From Octopus vulgaris (taxonomy: Eukaryota): 64,000 nt of DNA. Positions 13,888-27,720 of this stretch are shown one piece after another. The position numbers and the translations under genes are program-made. The stretch covers positions 90,644,001 to 90,708,000 of the forward strand of contig OX597819.1 in the NCBI GenBank assembly GCA_951406725.2. The letters are read 5' to 3'. The stretch's first letter is position 1. Every line of letters starts with the position of its first letter. Under the pieces are notes generated by a model. The model was not told the origin of the DNA and did not search any database. It saw nothing but the letters and a program-made list of their open reading frames with translations.

Positions 13888-14726
13888 GTAAGTATTCATT
13901 TTGATTTTCAGTGTTTTGCCTCTATTTACCAACTTTATCCTCACTTATTTTTTTACTCTATAAATTTCTTTTGTATTTATAGTAATATGTGTTTAAAGCA
14001 TTAATTTTACTAAATTTATTTCTGCTAATAAAAATATTGTTATTAAACTATTTTAGTTTTGAACTTATTAATTTAGAGTATCTAAACTATTTAATCCTTT
14101 CTCCAAAGAAAGCGCCAGCCTGAAATGTTATAACTCGCATCTCCCCACAACTTTCAAGATTATTACTGAGAGTTGTAAACATTATTAGCTGATCTTTACC
14201 TTGGTAGACTGCAGTTAGCTTCCTTACAAAGCAAGTTTACTGTTGAGATATATAGTGAGAAATGTGCATTTCTGATTTTGGGATAACATAAATTTAAAAC
14301 TTTTAATGCAGTTAAATAATATATTTACTATATGCAAATGAAAATGTTATAAGTGTTAAAAGGGAAAAATTCTCATTTTTAAAAAATGATACAACTTTTT
14401 AATACCTCTATTATTTTAATGTTATTTATGTATTTGTTTTATTCTAGTTTTATCTCTTGTGATTAATTTTTCTCTGAATAGTGTTGGATAATCATATTTT
14501 CATGTAATAAAATGAAGATTGAGTGTATTTTAAATTGCAACTAGGACTTTTAAGAAATTTGAAATGTTAGCAAAATTATTCTCCTAAGATAATTTATATT
14601 TTAGGTTTTAATAGTATTTATCTTTTGTTTTTAATATTGTAGAGTTATTTAGATAAATTACTGTCAAAGCAAAATTGGTTTTACTTATTTGTGTTATTTC
14701 ACTTATTTTTTATTTCTATATTTCAG

Positions 14727-14789
14727 TTAGCTGAAAAGAATTTAATGCGAGATGCTGTAACACAATCAGAAGATTTTCATATTGAAAAA
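14727..14789 (+). CDS. OTUD5: OTUD5 exon
   Basis: tttcag|...|gtaagt. LAEKNLMRDAVTQSEDFHIEK, 63 nt, phase 0-0. Confidence 0.93.
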
Positions 14790-15020
14790 GTAAGTTGATA
14801 TCAGCTTTTGGTATCATATATTGTATATCATGTAAAATTTTCTGTAATTTAATATTTGTATGTAAATAGAAACTTTATGCTGTGTACTCAACATAAACTT
14901 CATGTGCACAAAAAATGCATTCATGGGAGTAGTTAGCAGAAATGCCATTTCAACTATGCAGAAGCTTTTATTATTGAAGGTGATCCAATCAGCTGTGAAG
15001 GTTGTTATTACAAAAGCATA

Positions 15021-15370
15021 GGATCTTTTCGCTTTGACCGGCAGATTTTTAAAATAATTTCTTTGTAACTAAACACTTTTAAACTTCGTATACTGGTAGA
15101 ATGTGTTACATAAAGCATCTTTTTCTCTTGACTTTCTTGAGAAAATTCTGTAGTTTGTAAGCTATTTGTTGTTTAATTTCTTGCATTTCGGCAATTTCAA
15201 CCAATCAATGACGTCTATTGAGGTGAATACAATTTCTCTGGTTCTTTGTCAACAACAATTTCTGAGAAAAAGATGTTTTATGTAACACATTCTACCAGTA
15301 TATGAAGTTTAAAAGTGTTTAGTTACAAAGAAATTATTTTAAAAATCTGCCGGTCAAAGCGAAAAGATCC
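15021..15370. mobile_element. MITE with 107-bp TIRs and 8-bp TSD (AAAGCATA)
   Basis: TIRs at 15021-15127 and 15264-15370 have 2 mismatches. Termini are GGATC...GATCC. The TSD lies at 15013-15020 and 15371-15378. Confidence 0.93.
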
Positions 15371-15899
15371 AAAGCATATTATCTGAAGTAAAGATGAGGT
15401 CTTATAATTTCAAGAAACTGTTACATCTGTTGACAGCAAAGGCATTCTATCTCTGAGTGGAAGACAGAGTGTTTGATGCTATGTATAAAGTGCACTTTTG
15501 CGCAGTGCTGCATGGATGATATTTTATTGAATGTTGTTTATTAATGCTTGCATCCATTATATTCTTCCAAATCCATGAATTGCATTCTATGTTTCATCTT
15601 CTGGAAATCATAAATCTTCGTCATTTGTTTTATTGTTCTCTCCCTTCATAATGCATGAAATGATACATCTATTACACCAGGCAACAAATTACAACTTTTT
15701 TTTTTTACAGCTACGTAAACTACTGATTCCTATCAAATTTCTGATCTTATATCTAAAATTTTCTATCATGTTCAGATTTTATGGAACCAAAAACCTCTAT
15801 TTTTCATTCTTTCTCATGTGCTTCTATTACAGAAGTCGTCTTAACTACTTTTCCATGCCATGTTTTATGTTAGGTATACTTAAATAATTAGTGAACAGG

Positions 15900-18770
15900 A
15901 ATGTCTTTCCTCCTTTTTCCAATTTAAGACAGACAGTGGAATTCTGCTGGTGGAGTTGCCACCCCCTGCATCCGACCATCCATCCAAAGCGCATTAGTAT
16001 TTTGTTGTTGCTGCCGAGAGGCAACTTCCTGTTCTTAAGTGAAACTTTGGTGTTTCCTCTACCTTTGTCATTTGCAGGATGATGAGCTCTCCTTCTGCAG
16101 GAACCAACAATAATCTCCCACCATATATAGGTTGAAATTACTTTGGTATCTGAGATCTGTTGGTGGATGTGCTCATGCCATGCTTGTCACTCACAGCTCC
16201 AAGGTTGGCTGGGAAGATAAGAATGTAAAAAATTTATTTTCTAAGACATTCTGCATCCCATGTTTTCATAAGATTTAAGCATGTTTTCTATGAGTTCACG
16301 GTGGTTTTCAGCTTTGTGGTTTTCAAGAAAAATTTTGACAACTTCAACAAAAGATGTTCATGCTCCTAGTTCATTCTCATTTAGATTAGATGGAAATGAT
16401 GAGTTGTGGATCTGTGGTCCAGTGAAAACTCCAGCTTGTAGCTTAGCATCTGTCAATATTTCTTTGAATGTATCCTTTAAATATTAGAAACAACTACCTT
16501 GATCATCCATACTCTTCACAAAATTTTTCATAAGGCCAAGTTTAATGTGAAGTGGTAGAATATCTACACGGACATGACAGAAGTAAATAGGCACCCTTAT
16601 AATCATTAAAATTTATTTAAATCTGAAATTATACATCCAGATTATGTATTAATTGTTATAATGTGAACATTTAATATTTAGTAGACATGCCCTTTGAATT
16701 TTTCAATGCAAGGACCCTATTAGGCATACTACTCATCAGATGGCGAATATTCTCTTGCAGAATTTCTTGCCATGTTTCATGCAGTAATCTCAAAACATCT
16801 GGCTTTGAAGATGCTTTCTTGTTCTTTTTATGAAGTGTCCTGTCCATTATGTCCCTGGGGTGTTCAATAGGGTTCATAACTGGTGACTGGCTCGGCCATG
16901 AAAGCTTTTTAATGCCATTCTCATCCAACAAGTATTGGGTCATTTTAGCTGTGTGACAAGGAGCCCCATCTTCCATAAATAAAGAGTCTTTAATCATTTC
17001 ACCACTGGAGAAGATTGGAAGGAGTCCTTTCTGCAATATGGACACATATTTATCTGAGTTTATGTTTCCCTCATACTACACCAGCTCCGATCAACCATTG
17101 CTCCAAATTGATCCCCAAATCATCACAGAGAATAGCTGCTATGTTTCATTGTTGGCTGCAATCTTTTCACATCAAATTCTTGATCACAGAGTCTCCAGAC
17201 CCACACTCAACCACTGTCAGGAAATAGAGCAAATCTTGACTCATCAAAGAATATGTCAGTGTCCCAAAATGCTAGTGGCCTCTCCACCATCTCACTAGCC
17301 CAATCCTTTCTCCGCTTAATGTTGGCTGGTCGAAGAAGTGGCTTCCTTCTGGTTACTCTGCCATAGTAACCAAGTTTGTGGAGATACTTGACTGCTGTTC
17401 TGGGACTGATATCAACTTGTTTTGCTATGTCAGAGGCCTTGCAACGAGGTTGTACTCTATACTTCTCTTAGCAAAGAGAAGAGTCCTGTCAGAGGGCCCT
17501 GGTTGATCTGGGTGGGGTGATGTGGACGCTTTTCCTTCTCTTGTGAATTGCACAATTACTCTATTAACTGTTGAAAGTTTTCTGCAATTTTATGCTATGT
17601 CCACCTTCAGAATGATCCATAATACACCCTCTTTGAAATTCAGACAGTTCCGAGGATTCTTTTGTACATAGCATGATTAAGCAGTCACATATGTTTTATG
17701 GGGTGTCTATTTACTTCTGCCATGTCTGTACTTTCCAAGGGTTAACAAGTGCTGGATATTTCACATTGTGTTTACCAACATGTTCAGTTCTAGATGGCCA
17801 ATTATGTATTTTGTAGTAGCTCTTGTCATCTCTATTGTTCCATGGACACAAAAAGCATATATGCTTTGCGTAGCTCAACTATAACCCAAGAAATAATAAC
17901 TTTAAGGCTGCCACAAATATTACATGTGGACCTTATACTTGATGAATCTTAGTAGTTCCATTGATTTATAACCCTAAGGTCAGTGGCATGTGCTATAGGC
18001 ATTGAAAGTTTTTCATTGCCGTTGTATAGTAATACAGCTTTAAGGCTAGCTTTATTAAAGTCAATGAACAGCCTCCATTCTTTTGGATCATAGTGAAAGC
18101 CAATATGTTTCTGCCACAATATCAGGCTGCTGATATTGTGGCAGAAACAAATGTTTTCTTCCTAAGTAAAATGATGAAAATTGCTGATGGCAATGGTGGA
18201 AATGGGAAATTTAGGTGTTTAGCTGGAGAAAACCCTATTCTTGAAGTTTGGAACCAGGCAACTCTGCCTTTTCTTTTGGTAATTCCAAATCACCAAGTCA
18301 TTTAACATCTGCTTGACTTAACAAATGTGGGGAAGTAGTTGCATCTGGAACATATATGCTATCTTTCCGTATTTCTATATCACTAGCAAAATCTTCAGAG
18401 GACTGCTGTCTTCAACAACCACTCTACTTGACTGTCATGTAGTGACTGACCGTTGCACTGTTATTATGCTCTTGACTCAGTGTTGCTAACTGAGGATATA
18501 TTGATCAAAATCGTTAGAGTTTGTGTATGATTAGCAAATATAAATTGCTTTAACCTTGAAAAGCAAGTTTCATATTTCTGGCATTAAGCTGATTAAAACC
18601 AAACTTTGGACATGGTAGGGAATTTTACTAAGTGATTTGCATTTTACACAAAATCTAGATGTGATAGGAAATACCTAATTATAGATTTGAAATTAACATA
18701 CCAAATTTAGCCAGGAACACCTATTTGTAACAAAAATCTCTGTAACAAAATCTTTGTTGCTTGTTGTTAT
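15900..18770 (-). mobile_element. Decayed DNA transposon, probably Chapaev3/CMC-like, split by a Tc1 insertion
   Basis: Minus frame LPLHIKLGLMKNFVKSMD (16501-16560) and GAVSDKHG...HQ (~16150-16200). The family assignment is from recall of these motifs. Confidence 0.6.
16567..17728 (-). mobile_element. Tc1 (DD34E) transposon, near full length, pseudogenised
   Basis: ~28-bp TIRs (GACATG.CAGAAGTAAATAG.CACCC) next to TA. The ORF has FMEDGAPCHTAK...WPSQSPVMNPIEH. Confidence 0.9.
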
Positions 18771-19026
18771 CTCTTCAAATTGAATAGTTAATTTTTTCTG
18801 TAGGGAAATATGCTTTAAAAATTGTTTTTAAGCTGTTAAATGTTTTGGAACAACTCTTTAGCACTTTCAAAACAAAATAAAGAATATAAGTGAAACAAAT
18901 TTTTTTTCTTCTAAATGAAAAAAAGAAGGAAAAAGGAACAAATTGAAACTTGGGGGTAGAATGAGTTATGAATCAATGTAACAGTTAATAAAAAGAACCT
19001 GATATAATTTTTTTTTCTTCTTTCAG

Positions 19027-19158
19027 GCTATGTTAGAAGATAAATTACGTGAAACTGACTGGGAATTGACTCAAGAAACAATTGAAGAGCAGGTGGCTCG
19101 AGAATCATATTTGCAGTGGCTTAGAGATAATGAAAAGAGAGCTAAAATTCAAGGCCCA
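19027..19158 (+). CDS. OTUD5: OTUD5 exon
   Basis: tttcag|...|gtaaga. [44 protein letters not shown] is a conserved OTUD5 block. Confidence 0.96.
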
Positions 19159-21014
19159 GTAAGAACTATGTGCTACAATGCTGTGATATTTTTAATATAA
19201 TTTGTTATTTATTGACTATTTTTTTTCATTTTCTCTATAATTTAGCTGTGTCTCAGGTGACATTTACCATCATATACTTTTGTTACATAAGTTGGAGCAG
19301 AAGTAATTTTTTAAACTTTTTTTCTTTCTGATATTTTTAGCATTATCTGAAAGTAGTTTTTATTTTTGTTTCCTTCAAAATACTTTAAATTAGTCTTAGA
19401 AGATTTGCAAGAAATCCCACAGAAAGAAAATATGAGCTTTGTTTTATTGATAATACTTCAGTACATAGTCGTTTTAATGTTGTATTTCGTCTTATTAATT
19501 AATTATCACTTCTGACTTGAATGTAATTATGCTATTTTTGTTATTCAAACAGGATCAAATCTGCATAAAAGATTATGCTAAAATTCTTTACATACATGTA
19601 ATGTATTATTTTTCTTATAGCTGTTTATTCTGGTGTAGTTTGTTTTGGCAGTTGGATTTACTTCATTCTTCTGATGCCTACATTTCAGTTGGCATTTAAT
19701 TTCAATTCACAAAACTGGAATTTGCTAAATATTTTGTAATTTTGGAGTTGGTGCCTTGCTGTCCAGCAGTTTTTTTCTTTCTTTTAACTGTTTGTCTACA
19801 GTTGAAGGTTGCACTGAGGACAGATGGAAAAATACACATAGAACAGTTAAGATCAAACATGCAGTCAAGTACAGATGAAATGTTAACAGGATGCAATATT
19901 TCAAAGTGTCTTGGTAGTGCTGTAGTGTAGCAGTAAGAACTTTGTAAACCGAGTCAGTGACCTGATTTTAATTCCTACTTTAATTTAGTTATGTTATTAA
20001 TATCCTTAAGAAAGACATGGATATTACAAATTTTTATTTCCTGTTGTGTTGCCTAAAATGCTGATTTCATGCTTATGTAAACAACCACTATCACAAAGTC
20101 CACTGGAATAAGCAATTATTTGAAACTGTTAATGATGGTTGTATTTTCATAAACTATCATCATATTCAATATATATTTTGTGTACTATGATAATGTTTTG
20201 GTTTTATACATATGCACACACACATGCACCCATACGCACATGTGTGTACACACACACACATGCGCGTGCACACACATATGCTGTATGCTTAATTTCAGTG
20301 AATATATAATTTTTCATAATTGAAGTTTTTGCTCTGTAAAATGAGATTATTTTAGATTTTAGTTGGCAACATCTCTGACTAAAATATACTGCTATGGAAA
20401 TGATAGATGAATTTTAAAAAATAATTTTCTGCTGTTGGATTTAGTTTTGAAGAAGATGAAGTGCTCAGTAATTACATAGTTTAAACAGTAGGCATCCACT
20501 ATTAAAATATTCTTATTCTGGTTGTGATGATTATCAAATGTCACTTTTTGTCACATTTTTAGCTTTGGTGACAGTTTATTTTGATTTTTATAAAAATATA
20601 TCCTATGGATTTAGTTTTTTAAAATTATCTTAAGTGATTTTGGAAAAACGTTGTTTAGTATATGTTAAAAAGAACTGGTTTTGAAGTAATGGGTGTCCTG
20701 TGTACAAACATGATACTGGTAGATGGCCAAATCAATTGAGCATTGTACAAATGAGCATGGGAAATTCGGTTATGTCCCTTTATATACTGAGTTTCAACCT
20801 CACCCTTGTCAACTTTTCTCTTTCATCCTTCCAAAGTAGTAGTTAAATGTTTGGGGTTAATTTGTCTATACTCATGAAGGCAATGTTCCCAGCATGATAA
20901 CAATCTGTCTGAAATCAGTAAAAGAATAGAATTATCTGTATTTTATAGACCACTGTTTAAAACATCTAAAGTTTTTATTTGGTTTGATGTTTAGTATTTA
21001 TATTTTGTTATTAG

Positions 21015-21330
21015 GCTAGATCTGCAAGTGCAACATGTAGCTCCGCCAGTGAATATTCTCTAAATGGTCCAGAAACAGTTGCCTCTCCTGACTGTGGCCG
21101 TCTTGGACGTTCACCCCGTAATCGTAGTGCTTCAAACTCCACTCAAAGTAGTCCCAATGCTGAAGAAAGCTCCCATGAACAACAACAGTTAGCGCAACAA
21201 CAAATGCAGCAGCAGCAACAACAGCAGCAACAACAACAACAACAACAACAACAGCAGCAGCAACAACAACAACAGCAGCAGCAGCAACATTGTAGTCCGA
21301 ATCGGCCTGTTGACTTAGCATTGCATTCAG
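21015..21330 (+). CDS. OTUD5: OTUD5 exon, Ser-rich with a poly-Gln tract
   Basis: attag|...|gtatat. ARSASATCSSASEY...RSPRNRS...M(Q27)HCSPNRPVDLALHS. The SATCSS and RSPR motifs are as in OTUD5. 316 nt, phase 0-1. Confidence 0.88.
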
Positions 21331-21914
21331 GTATATTTTTTTATTATATATTTTACGGTTGGGTGATTATCCAATTCTTCAATTTTTGAAGTGATGCATA
21401 ATTAATAGTTTCTTTTCATTCAAATATAAAGATCTTGTTTTTAAGAGACAAGGCATGGGTGTTGATGGATGTAGTTGTTGATAAAAGCAACAAAATAGTG
21501 TCAGTTCTTCTTTTAAAACTATCTTTTTAAAAATTTTTTATCCTCAATGAAAATTCCTTTATTGGAGAAATTTATTACACAGTTGAAATAAAACTACACT
21601 GAACTCTAAACTTTAAAGTCTTTAAATTCATTGCAATGTAAGAATAACTTAAACGCATTTGACTGTTTTGTTTGTAAACAGAAAGTATTAACTACTGCCA
21701 TTATAATTCTTTATGAGATTAAAAGGGTTCAGAATCATTTCATTCAAATCAAATGTTTTGCAACATTTTTCTTTTGTACTACAAATTTAGAACAAATCTT
21801 ATACAATTAACTGATCAATTTTACATTGATTTGATATTGTTTTTTTTTTTAGAAGTTGCCCAAATAAGTAAAATTAACAGTATGATGTTTCTGCCATTTC
21901 TTGATTCTTGATCC

Positions 21915-23233
21915 AAATCGAAATCAAGTTCGATGACTGGCATCCGTGCTAGCGGGGTACAAAGAACACCATACAAGTGTGATTGCTGACAGAGCGGCTA
22001 ACCAGCTTCTGTGCCAGTGGCACATAAAAGGCACCATTCGAGTGTGATCGTTACCAGCATCGTCTTACTGGCACTTGAGCCCCATGTTAGTAGGGTGCTA
22101 AGAGCATCATCCGAGCATGATCATTGCCAGAGTGGCTAATTGGCTTCCGTGCCGGTGGCACGTAAAAGGCACCATTCGAGCGTGATCATTACCAGCATCG
22201 CCTTACTGGCACCTGTGCCGGTGGTATGTGAAAGCACCCACTACACTCTCGGAGTGGTTGGCGTTAGGAAGGGCATTCAGCTGTAGAAACTCTGCCAGAT
22301 CAAGATTGGAGCCTGGTGCAGCCCTCAGTCAAATTGTCCAACCCATGCTAGCATGGAAAGCGGACTTTAAAAGATGATGATGATGATTATATACATCTTT
22401 AATCTTATGAGATATAAAGCAATCTCATTAGTAGTGCTGCCATGATAAAATGCATGAAGTACACTCCATAAAATGGTTGGCAAATGAACAGACACAGTGT
22501 AGGAGTCAAGAGGTCTTATCATTGACATGACATCACTCTGATGGTGTTGCCACCATATATGCACCCAGTACACTGTAAAGTGGTTGGTGTTAGTAAGGGT
22601 ACACAGCTGTAGAAAAGTACCAAAAATGAAATGTATGAGCATAGTTTGGTCTTTTGACCTATTTTGACGTGCAGAAACTCCAAATCAGAACTGACTTACA
22701 TTGTGATCACCTGTCTTTTCAAAGTCAATTTGGAAAGGGAATGTAAATGGTGAATTGATAGTGATTACATATTTCTTTCTCATCATGGATGAGGGAAAAC
22801 TTACTGAGGTAATTTCTTCAGTGAAATAACTAAAAGAATAACCAGCGTTGCCTTACTGGCACTTGTGCCTGTGTTAGTAGGGTGCCAAGAACACCATCCG
22901 AGCGTGATCGTTGCCAGAGCAGCCAACTGGCTTCCATACCTGTGGCACGTAAAAGTGCACCATTCGAGCGTGATCCTTACTAACGTTGCTTCACTGGCAT
23001 GTGTAAAAAGATTCGAGCGAGGCCATTGCCAGTACCACCTGACTGGCCCCCGTGCAGGTGGCATGTAAAAAGCACCCACTACACTCTCGGAGTGGTTGGC
23101 GTTAGGAAGGGCATCCAGCTGTAGAAACTCTGCCAGATCAAGACTGGAGCCTGGTGCAGCCATCTGGTTGCCAGCTCTGTCAAAATCGTCCATGCTAGCA
23201 TGGAAAACGGACGTTAAATGATGATGATGATGA
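21915..23233 (+). mobile_element. Cluster of RTE LINE 3'-UTR/tail copies with internal subrepeats
   Basis: Two copies (21915-22390 and 22840-23233) of ...CACTACACTCTCGGAGTGGTTGGCGTTAGGAAGGGCA...(GAT)n. Confidence 0.75.
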
Positions 23234-23508
23234 AGAATAACTGTTTATCTCATTTATTCTGTCTTTATTTTCTAGTTTGTTTTTTTTTGTTGTCATTTTG
23301 TGTTTGGTTTATACAACTGATAATTAGGTTGAAGCTATCCAAATGGTCTCTTGTCCTTTTGTTAGTATGTTGTGAATAAACAATTTGAACAAGGTTGTCT
23401 ATAAATAGTAATAACAACGTAAAAATTTACTTGCTTTTTTTAAAACACCTTCAGCATTATTTAATTACAGATGATATTGTGATATTAATGTTTATTGGCT
23501 TCTTATAG

Positions 23509-23655
23509 GATGTCCTAAATCGCCTCAACTTGGCAGTGAACCTCTTCTTGGTGCTGCAGCTGGTGCAACTGCAAGTTGCACTTCTAGTGATATGGCTACA
23601 GGTGGTTTTGATGAAACTGCATCTTTAATGAATCACTTGCCACCAACTATGTTTG
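23509..23655 (+). CDS. OTUD5: OTUD5 exon
   Basis: ttatag|...|gtaagt. (G)CPKSPQLGSEPLLGAAAGATASCTSSDMATGGFDETASLMNHLPPTMF, phase 1-1. Confidence 0.88.
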
Positions 23656-24153
23656 GTAAGTTTAAAAATGAATAAATTTAGTGAAATCTTTATTTTTTAA
23701 TATAGATGTCATTAACTAGTTTAGATTATTTTTGCCCTTCTTTTAAATCTTCCATTATAGAAATAAAGTTTGCATATATTTCTTTTCACTCTTCACCTTG
23801 ACATGTTTAAGAGTGACTGTTAACATCTTGTGTAATTTTCCTTATCTTAACTAATATAGATTAGAGCATAGCTTAACATATTAATGTAGCTATGAAGAAA
23901 TAAATGTACTGTATAGATGCTACAAAATGACGACAGTCTGAATCTAGATTTGTTTTTCTATTTCAACCCATATAATGAAGATATTTCTGGAGATAGCTAA
24001 ATGAAGATCTAATTTAAAGACTTAATTTATCTTATCTTTCAAAATATATTTTTATTGCTTTTACATTAAGCCATGGTTATAGTTTTATTTACACTGTAGC
24101 AAGACTGATTTATAAGTAGTGCCTTTCGTTATAGTGTTGTCTGTTCACTTCAG

Positions 24154-24308
24154 GTCTAACAGAATGGGAAGAAGATGACATCCTTGCACAAGTGATTGCT
24201 CAGTCCCAACAGGAATACTTTGATAGTTTAAAGAAAAATGCTGCTTCAACGTCAGTTTGTGATAATGCCAGTTTTAACATGGACCAATCAACACATCATT
24301 CAAGTTAA
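24154..24308 (+). CDS. OTUD5: OTUD5 last coding exon (UIM, stop)
   Basis: ttcag| then (G)LTEWEEDDILAQVIAQSQQEYFDSLKKNAASTSVCDNASFNMDQSTHHSS-TAA. Contains a ubiquitin-interacting-motif pattern. Confidence 0.94.
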
Positions 24309-25866
24309 CATAGGATTGCTTACTTGCATAGGCACAAAGGCAGAACCTATGTGTGCAAAATCTAGATACATCCAGTACTTTTTAAATGATGGAACTTAAC
24401 ATCAGTTTAGATAATTTAAAAAAATCTACAGTCTTTTCTATGATATAAGATTGTTGAAATTCCATAACATGTTCATTTATAATGAGCTATTTATCTATGC
24501 CTGTTTCTCTTTCTTTCCTAAATATATATAGATTTTCTCTGTGTGAATGTTTTCAAGTACTTGTCTTTCTTCTACAAGTATACCCTATGCTGCTTTAGCT
24601 CACCCCTCTAATTCATGTTCAAGACTGTTACAATTTGATTCTACTCTAATGGCATCTACAAGTGGATGAATATTATGTTTTTAATCCCAAAAGAAAAAAA
24701 AAAAACAAATGTGAGGGACTTAAAAGGTAAGGTAGACCCATTTATCAATTTCAGCACAGTTAACAAACTAATTCATGGAGTTTATACTTTGGAAGATATA
24801 ACTTTACCTTTTTAGGTGTCATAGTTATTGATACTGCTTCTCTCTGTTTTTGGTGTTACACAATTAGAATCAATTGTCAGTTTTGGTTTATACTTCATAT
24901 TATGGATAACTTCTGTAAAAATCAAACAAATCTTGGTGGCTTTAAGTTCAGCATTTCTCTGAACAGACCCCCCCCCCCTTTTTTTTATCAGTGAATAATT
25001 TCATTTATTTAAATCATGTGATAAATTAAAGTTGAACCTACAGTTCAAATAATGACCATTACATTAAAAAAAATACTTATAGTTTTATCTTTAAATAAAA
25101 GAAGATATTATATAAAAAAAAAAATCTTAAAATTTCACCAATTTCAAAAAAAGGAGTATTTTTATGATCAGTTTGAAAAGAAAAAATAAATAAATAAAAA
25201 AAATATCGAAATGAAGAAGCAAGTTACTATACTATTTGTTCTGAAATCATTGATTCAATGTAACCGGAAAATGTTTTCATGGATAAAAGTGAAAGAATTG
25301 TGTCAGCAAAAATTATGTCTCAACTGACAAACTTTTCCAGAAAATAGTCAGTGAAACAGAATGGGTTATGTTCTGCCTTAACTCTGATGAAAGTTTAGTT
25401 GAAATATCATTTCTCTGGAAATTTGAGAAATGGTCATACTATTTCAACTTCATTTTCCTCCTTTGCCCATCTTCACCTTACTGACCAAACCAGAGCTGTT
25501 ATGGCCTTTGTAACACCAAAACAGTATCTTGTTATGCTTTATATGATAACTTAAGCACATTGTATAAATAAATGATTGTGGCATCTCAAAAATTTTTTTA
25601 ATACATCACTTTTCCACAATGTAGATCACTTGCTACATAGTAAATAAAATATAAAATAAAAAAAAGTCCTTTACATTTATACTTATTTTGAAAAATAAAA
25701 ACACTGAGCTACCCCACTTCTTTTCACTATGCGCGTGCACACACACACACACACACACACATACACATTTATAGTCCTAGTTATCATTTGTGTTTTGAAT
25801 GATTTATATTTAACTTCTACTTTATTGTGAAACCAATTCAGAATGGTGTCTGCTTTTCTCAAGGTT

Positions 25867-25901
<35 letters not shown>

Positions 25902-26619
25902 GTATATATATGTATATATATATACACACTCACACACACACATAAATTCACAGCTTTTGAAAAAAAAATCTAATATAAAAAAAAAAAATTATGCTGGTTA
26001 GAAAACATGATCATGAAAAGAAAGATATTCAAAATGTGGCTTATCTAAAGGACTACAAAAATATTTGACTTGAATACATTTGAAGTTTCATATTAGTATT
26101 TAAAGCAATTTTTAAAAGTAAATCTGTAAATATTCCAAATTGGATTATTAGTGAATATAATAATATATATTATTTCCATCACTATTGAAGCTATTAAATG
26201 AAACTTTAACAGTGTATTTTATGTTTGTGGTTTACTTATTTACTTTCTTTTGAATGTGGTATTGATTTGGATTATATTAAATATTTTCCAAAGATTTTCA
26301 TTGTATGATATTAGCTAATCAGGTGTAACTTACAATTTTATTTCCTTAAATATGCAAACCTTACTGTAAATTAATTGTTAGAAGTGTTGTTAACATGAGA
26401 TAAACTTGAAATATTGTTTCATAAATTAAATGCCACAAGTTTGAATGATGACACACTGTTTATAGTGTACAGAAAGTGGAGTATCAGTGTAGCACATATG
26501 GAAATTGCCCATGCTTGATAACAAATATCTGTATTATAAGTTCTCAGTATTATCTATTAAGATAATCTTTCTTTTTAACAACAAACTGTTTGTCTTGTGA
26601 ATACAAGCTGTTGTTTAGC

Positions 26620-27720
26620 AAAGAGTGGTGGTATTTGAGGCCATGGTCATCTCATCTTTTTCTCTCATGCTTTTATGGGTTGGACAGATCTACTTTTGTA
26701 TAGTATCATACTTTTTTCTGCAGGTTCTTTTCAACTTGGATTGTTTGGTACACTTCTTTCACCTGACTTTTATTCTTCATATAAATCACATATCCATATT
26801 AAGATTTCTGTTTTGCACATCTGATTCCTTTTAGATATCTCTACCCACTCTTTTGCTTTGTTGTTCATGCACATCACACATTCAAACTATACCAACATAG
26901 TTCTATCCAGCTTTTGCACTAGGTGCCTTTATTTCACACTTTATACACAACATAGAATCTACCATTCACTCAAATAGCTCTTTTCCCCACTCTGTCCACT
27001 ATACTTTAGCAGCACCCACCTCTACTGCTAATTTTGTTACCTAGGTAACAAAAGCTGTCAACTATTTTGATATGAAATTTCGTTTCATGAGTGCTCTGAC
27101 AGCTAACTTCTGGTTTATCTACTACATACAAACCCTTTTTTAAAAATCTTTTCATCCTATGTGAACCCCTGCACCTTTTATACACTTAATGGGATGCAGT
27201 ATAAAATTACTTTGTATTCCTTATTTGCATATTGAAAACAGCCACTTCTTATTGGCAGATTTCTGTATTCTTTTATGCTTATTCAAGACCTGGCTTCCAT
27301 GTTTCAAGCTATGAGAAATGGGTCTTTGACATGTTCTTACAGAAACCTAATCTTGAAATTTTATGTAGTCCAGACTAGCTGTCTACGAAACTCCTAGCTG
27401 AACTCATTTTTAAAAGCACATATGTAAATGACTCAAGCCATTCATATACTCACTTCTCTTTGCTACCAGACTGCGGTATTCTGGTGACCTGTAGAAAGTC
27501 TTTGACAGGTATTTTGTGGCTTACTCTTAGTGAGACTTAAAACAAGAAGTTTCAAGCTTAAAAGAGGGCATGGATAATATTCTGTCTTGGTTCAATGCCT
27601 AAAGCACATCTAAGCTAATTCTCTTCCTAATTAATTGTGCCACTTCCATAACTGCCTCTAGAGCTCTTGTCTTTGTATCGGTGGATAGTGCTGCTACATC
27701 AGTCATTGAGGATAACCACC
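26620..27720 (-). mobile_element. Old, decayed RTE LINE fragment between the two stop codons
   Basis: Degenerate similarity to the 12160-12770 element (YLGN...ACVRTA-like segments). Confidence 0.45.

Noticed and set aside
21016-21321. Minus-strand poly-Val/Ala ORF
   Set aside because: It is the antisense shadow of the OTUD5 polyQ exon.
25384-25450. CTGATGA...GAAA followed by a hairpin in the presumed OTUD5 3' UTR, as a possible hammerhead
   Set aside because: Stem II is only 2 bp and there is no stem I complementarity. Only a plain hairpin (AGTTGAAATA/TATTTCAACT) is supported.
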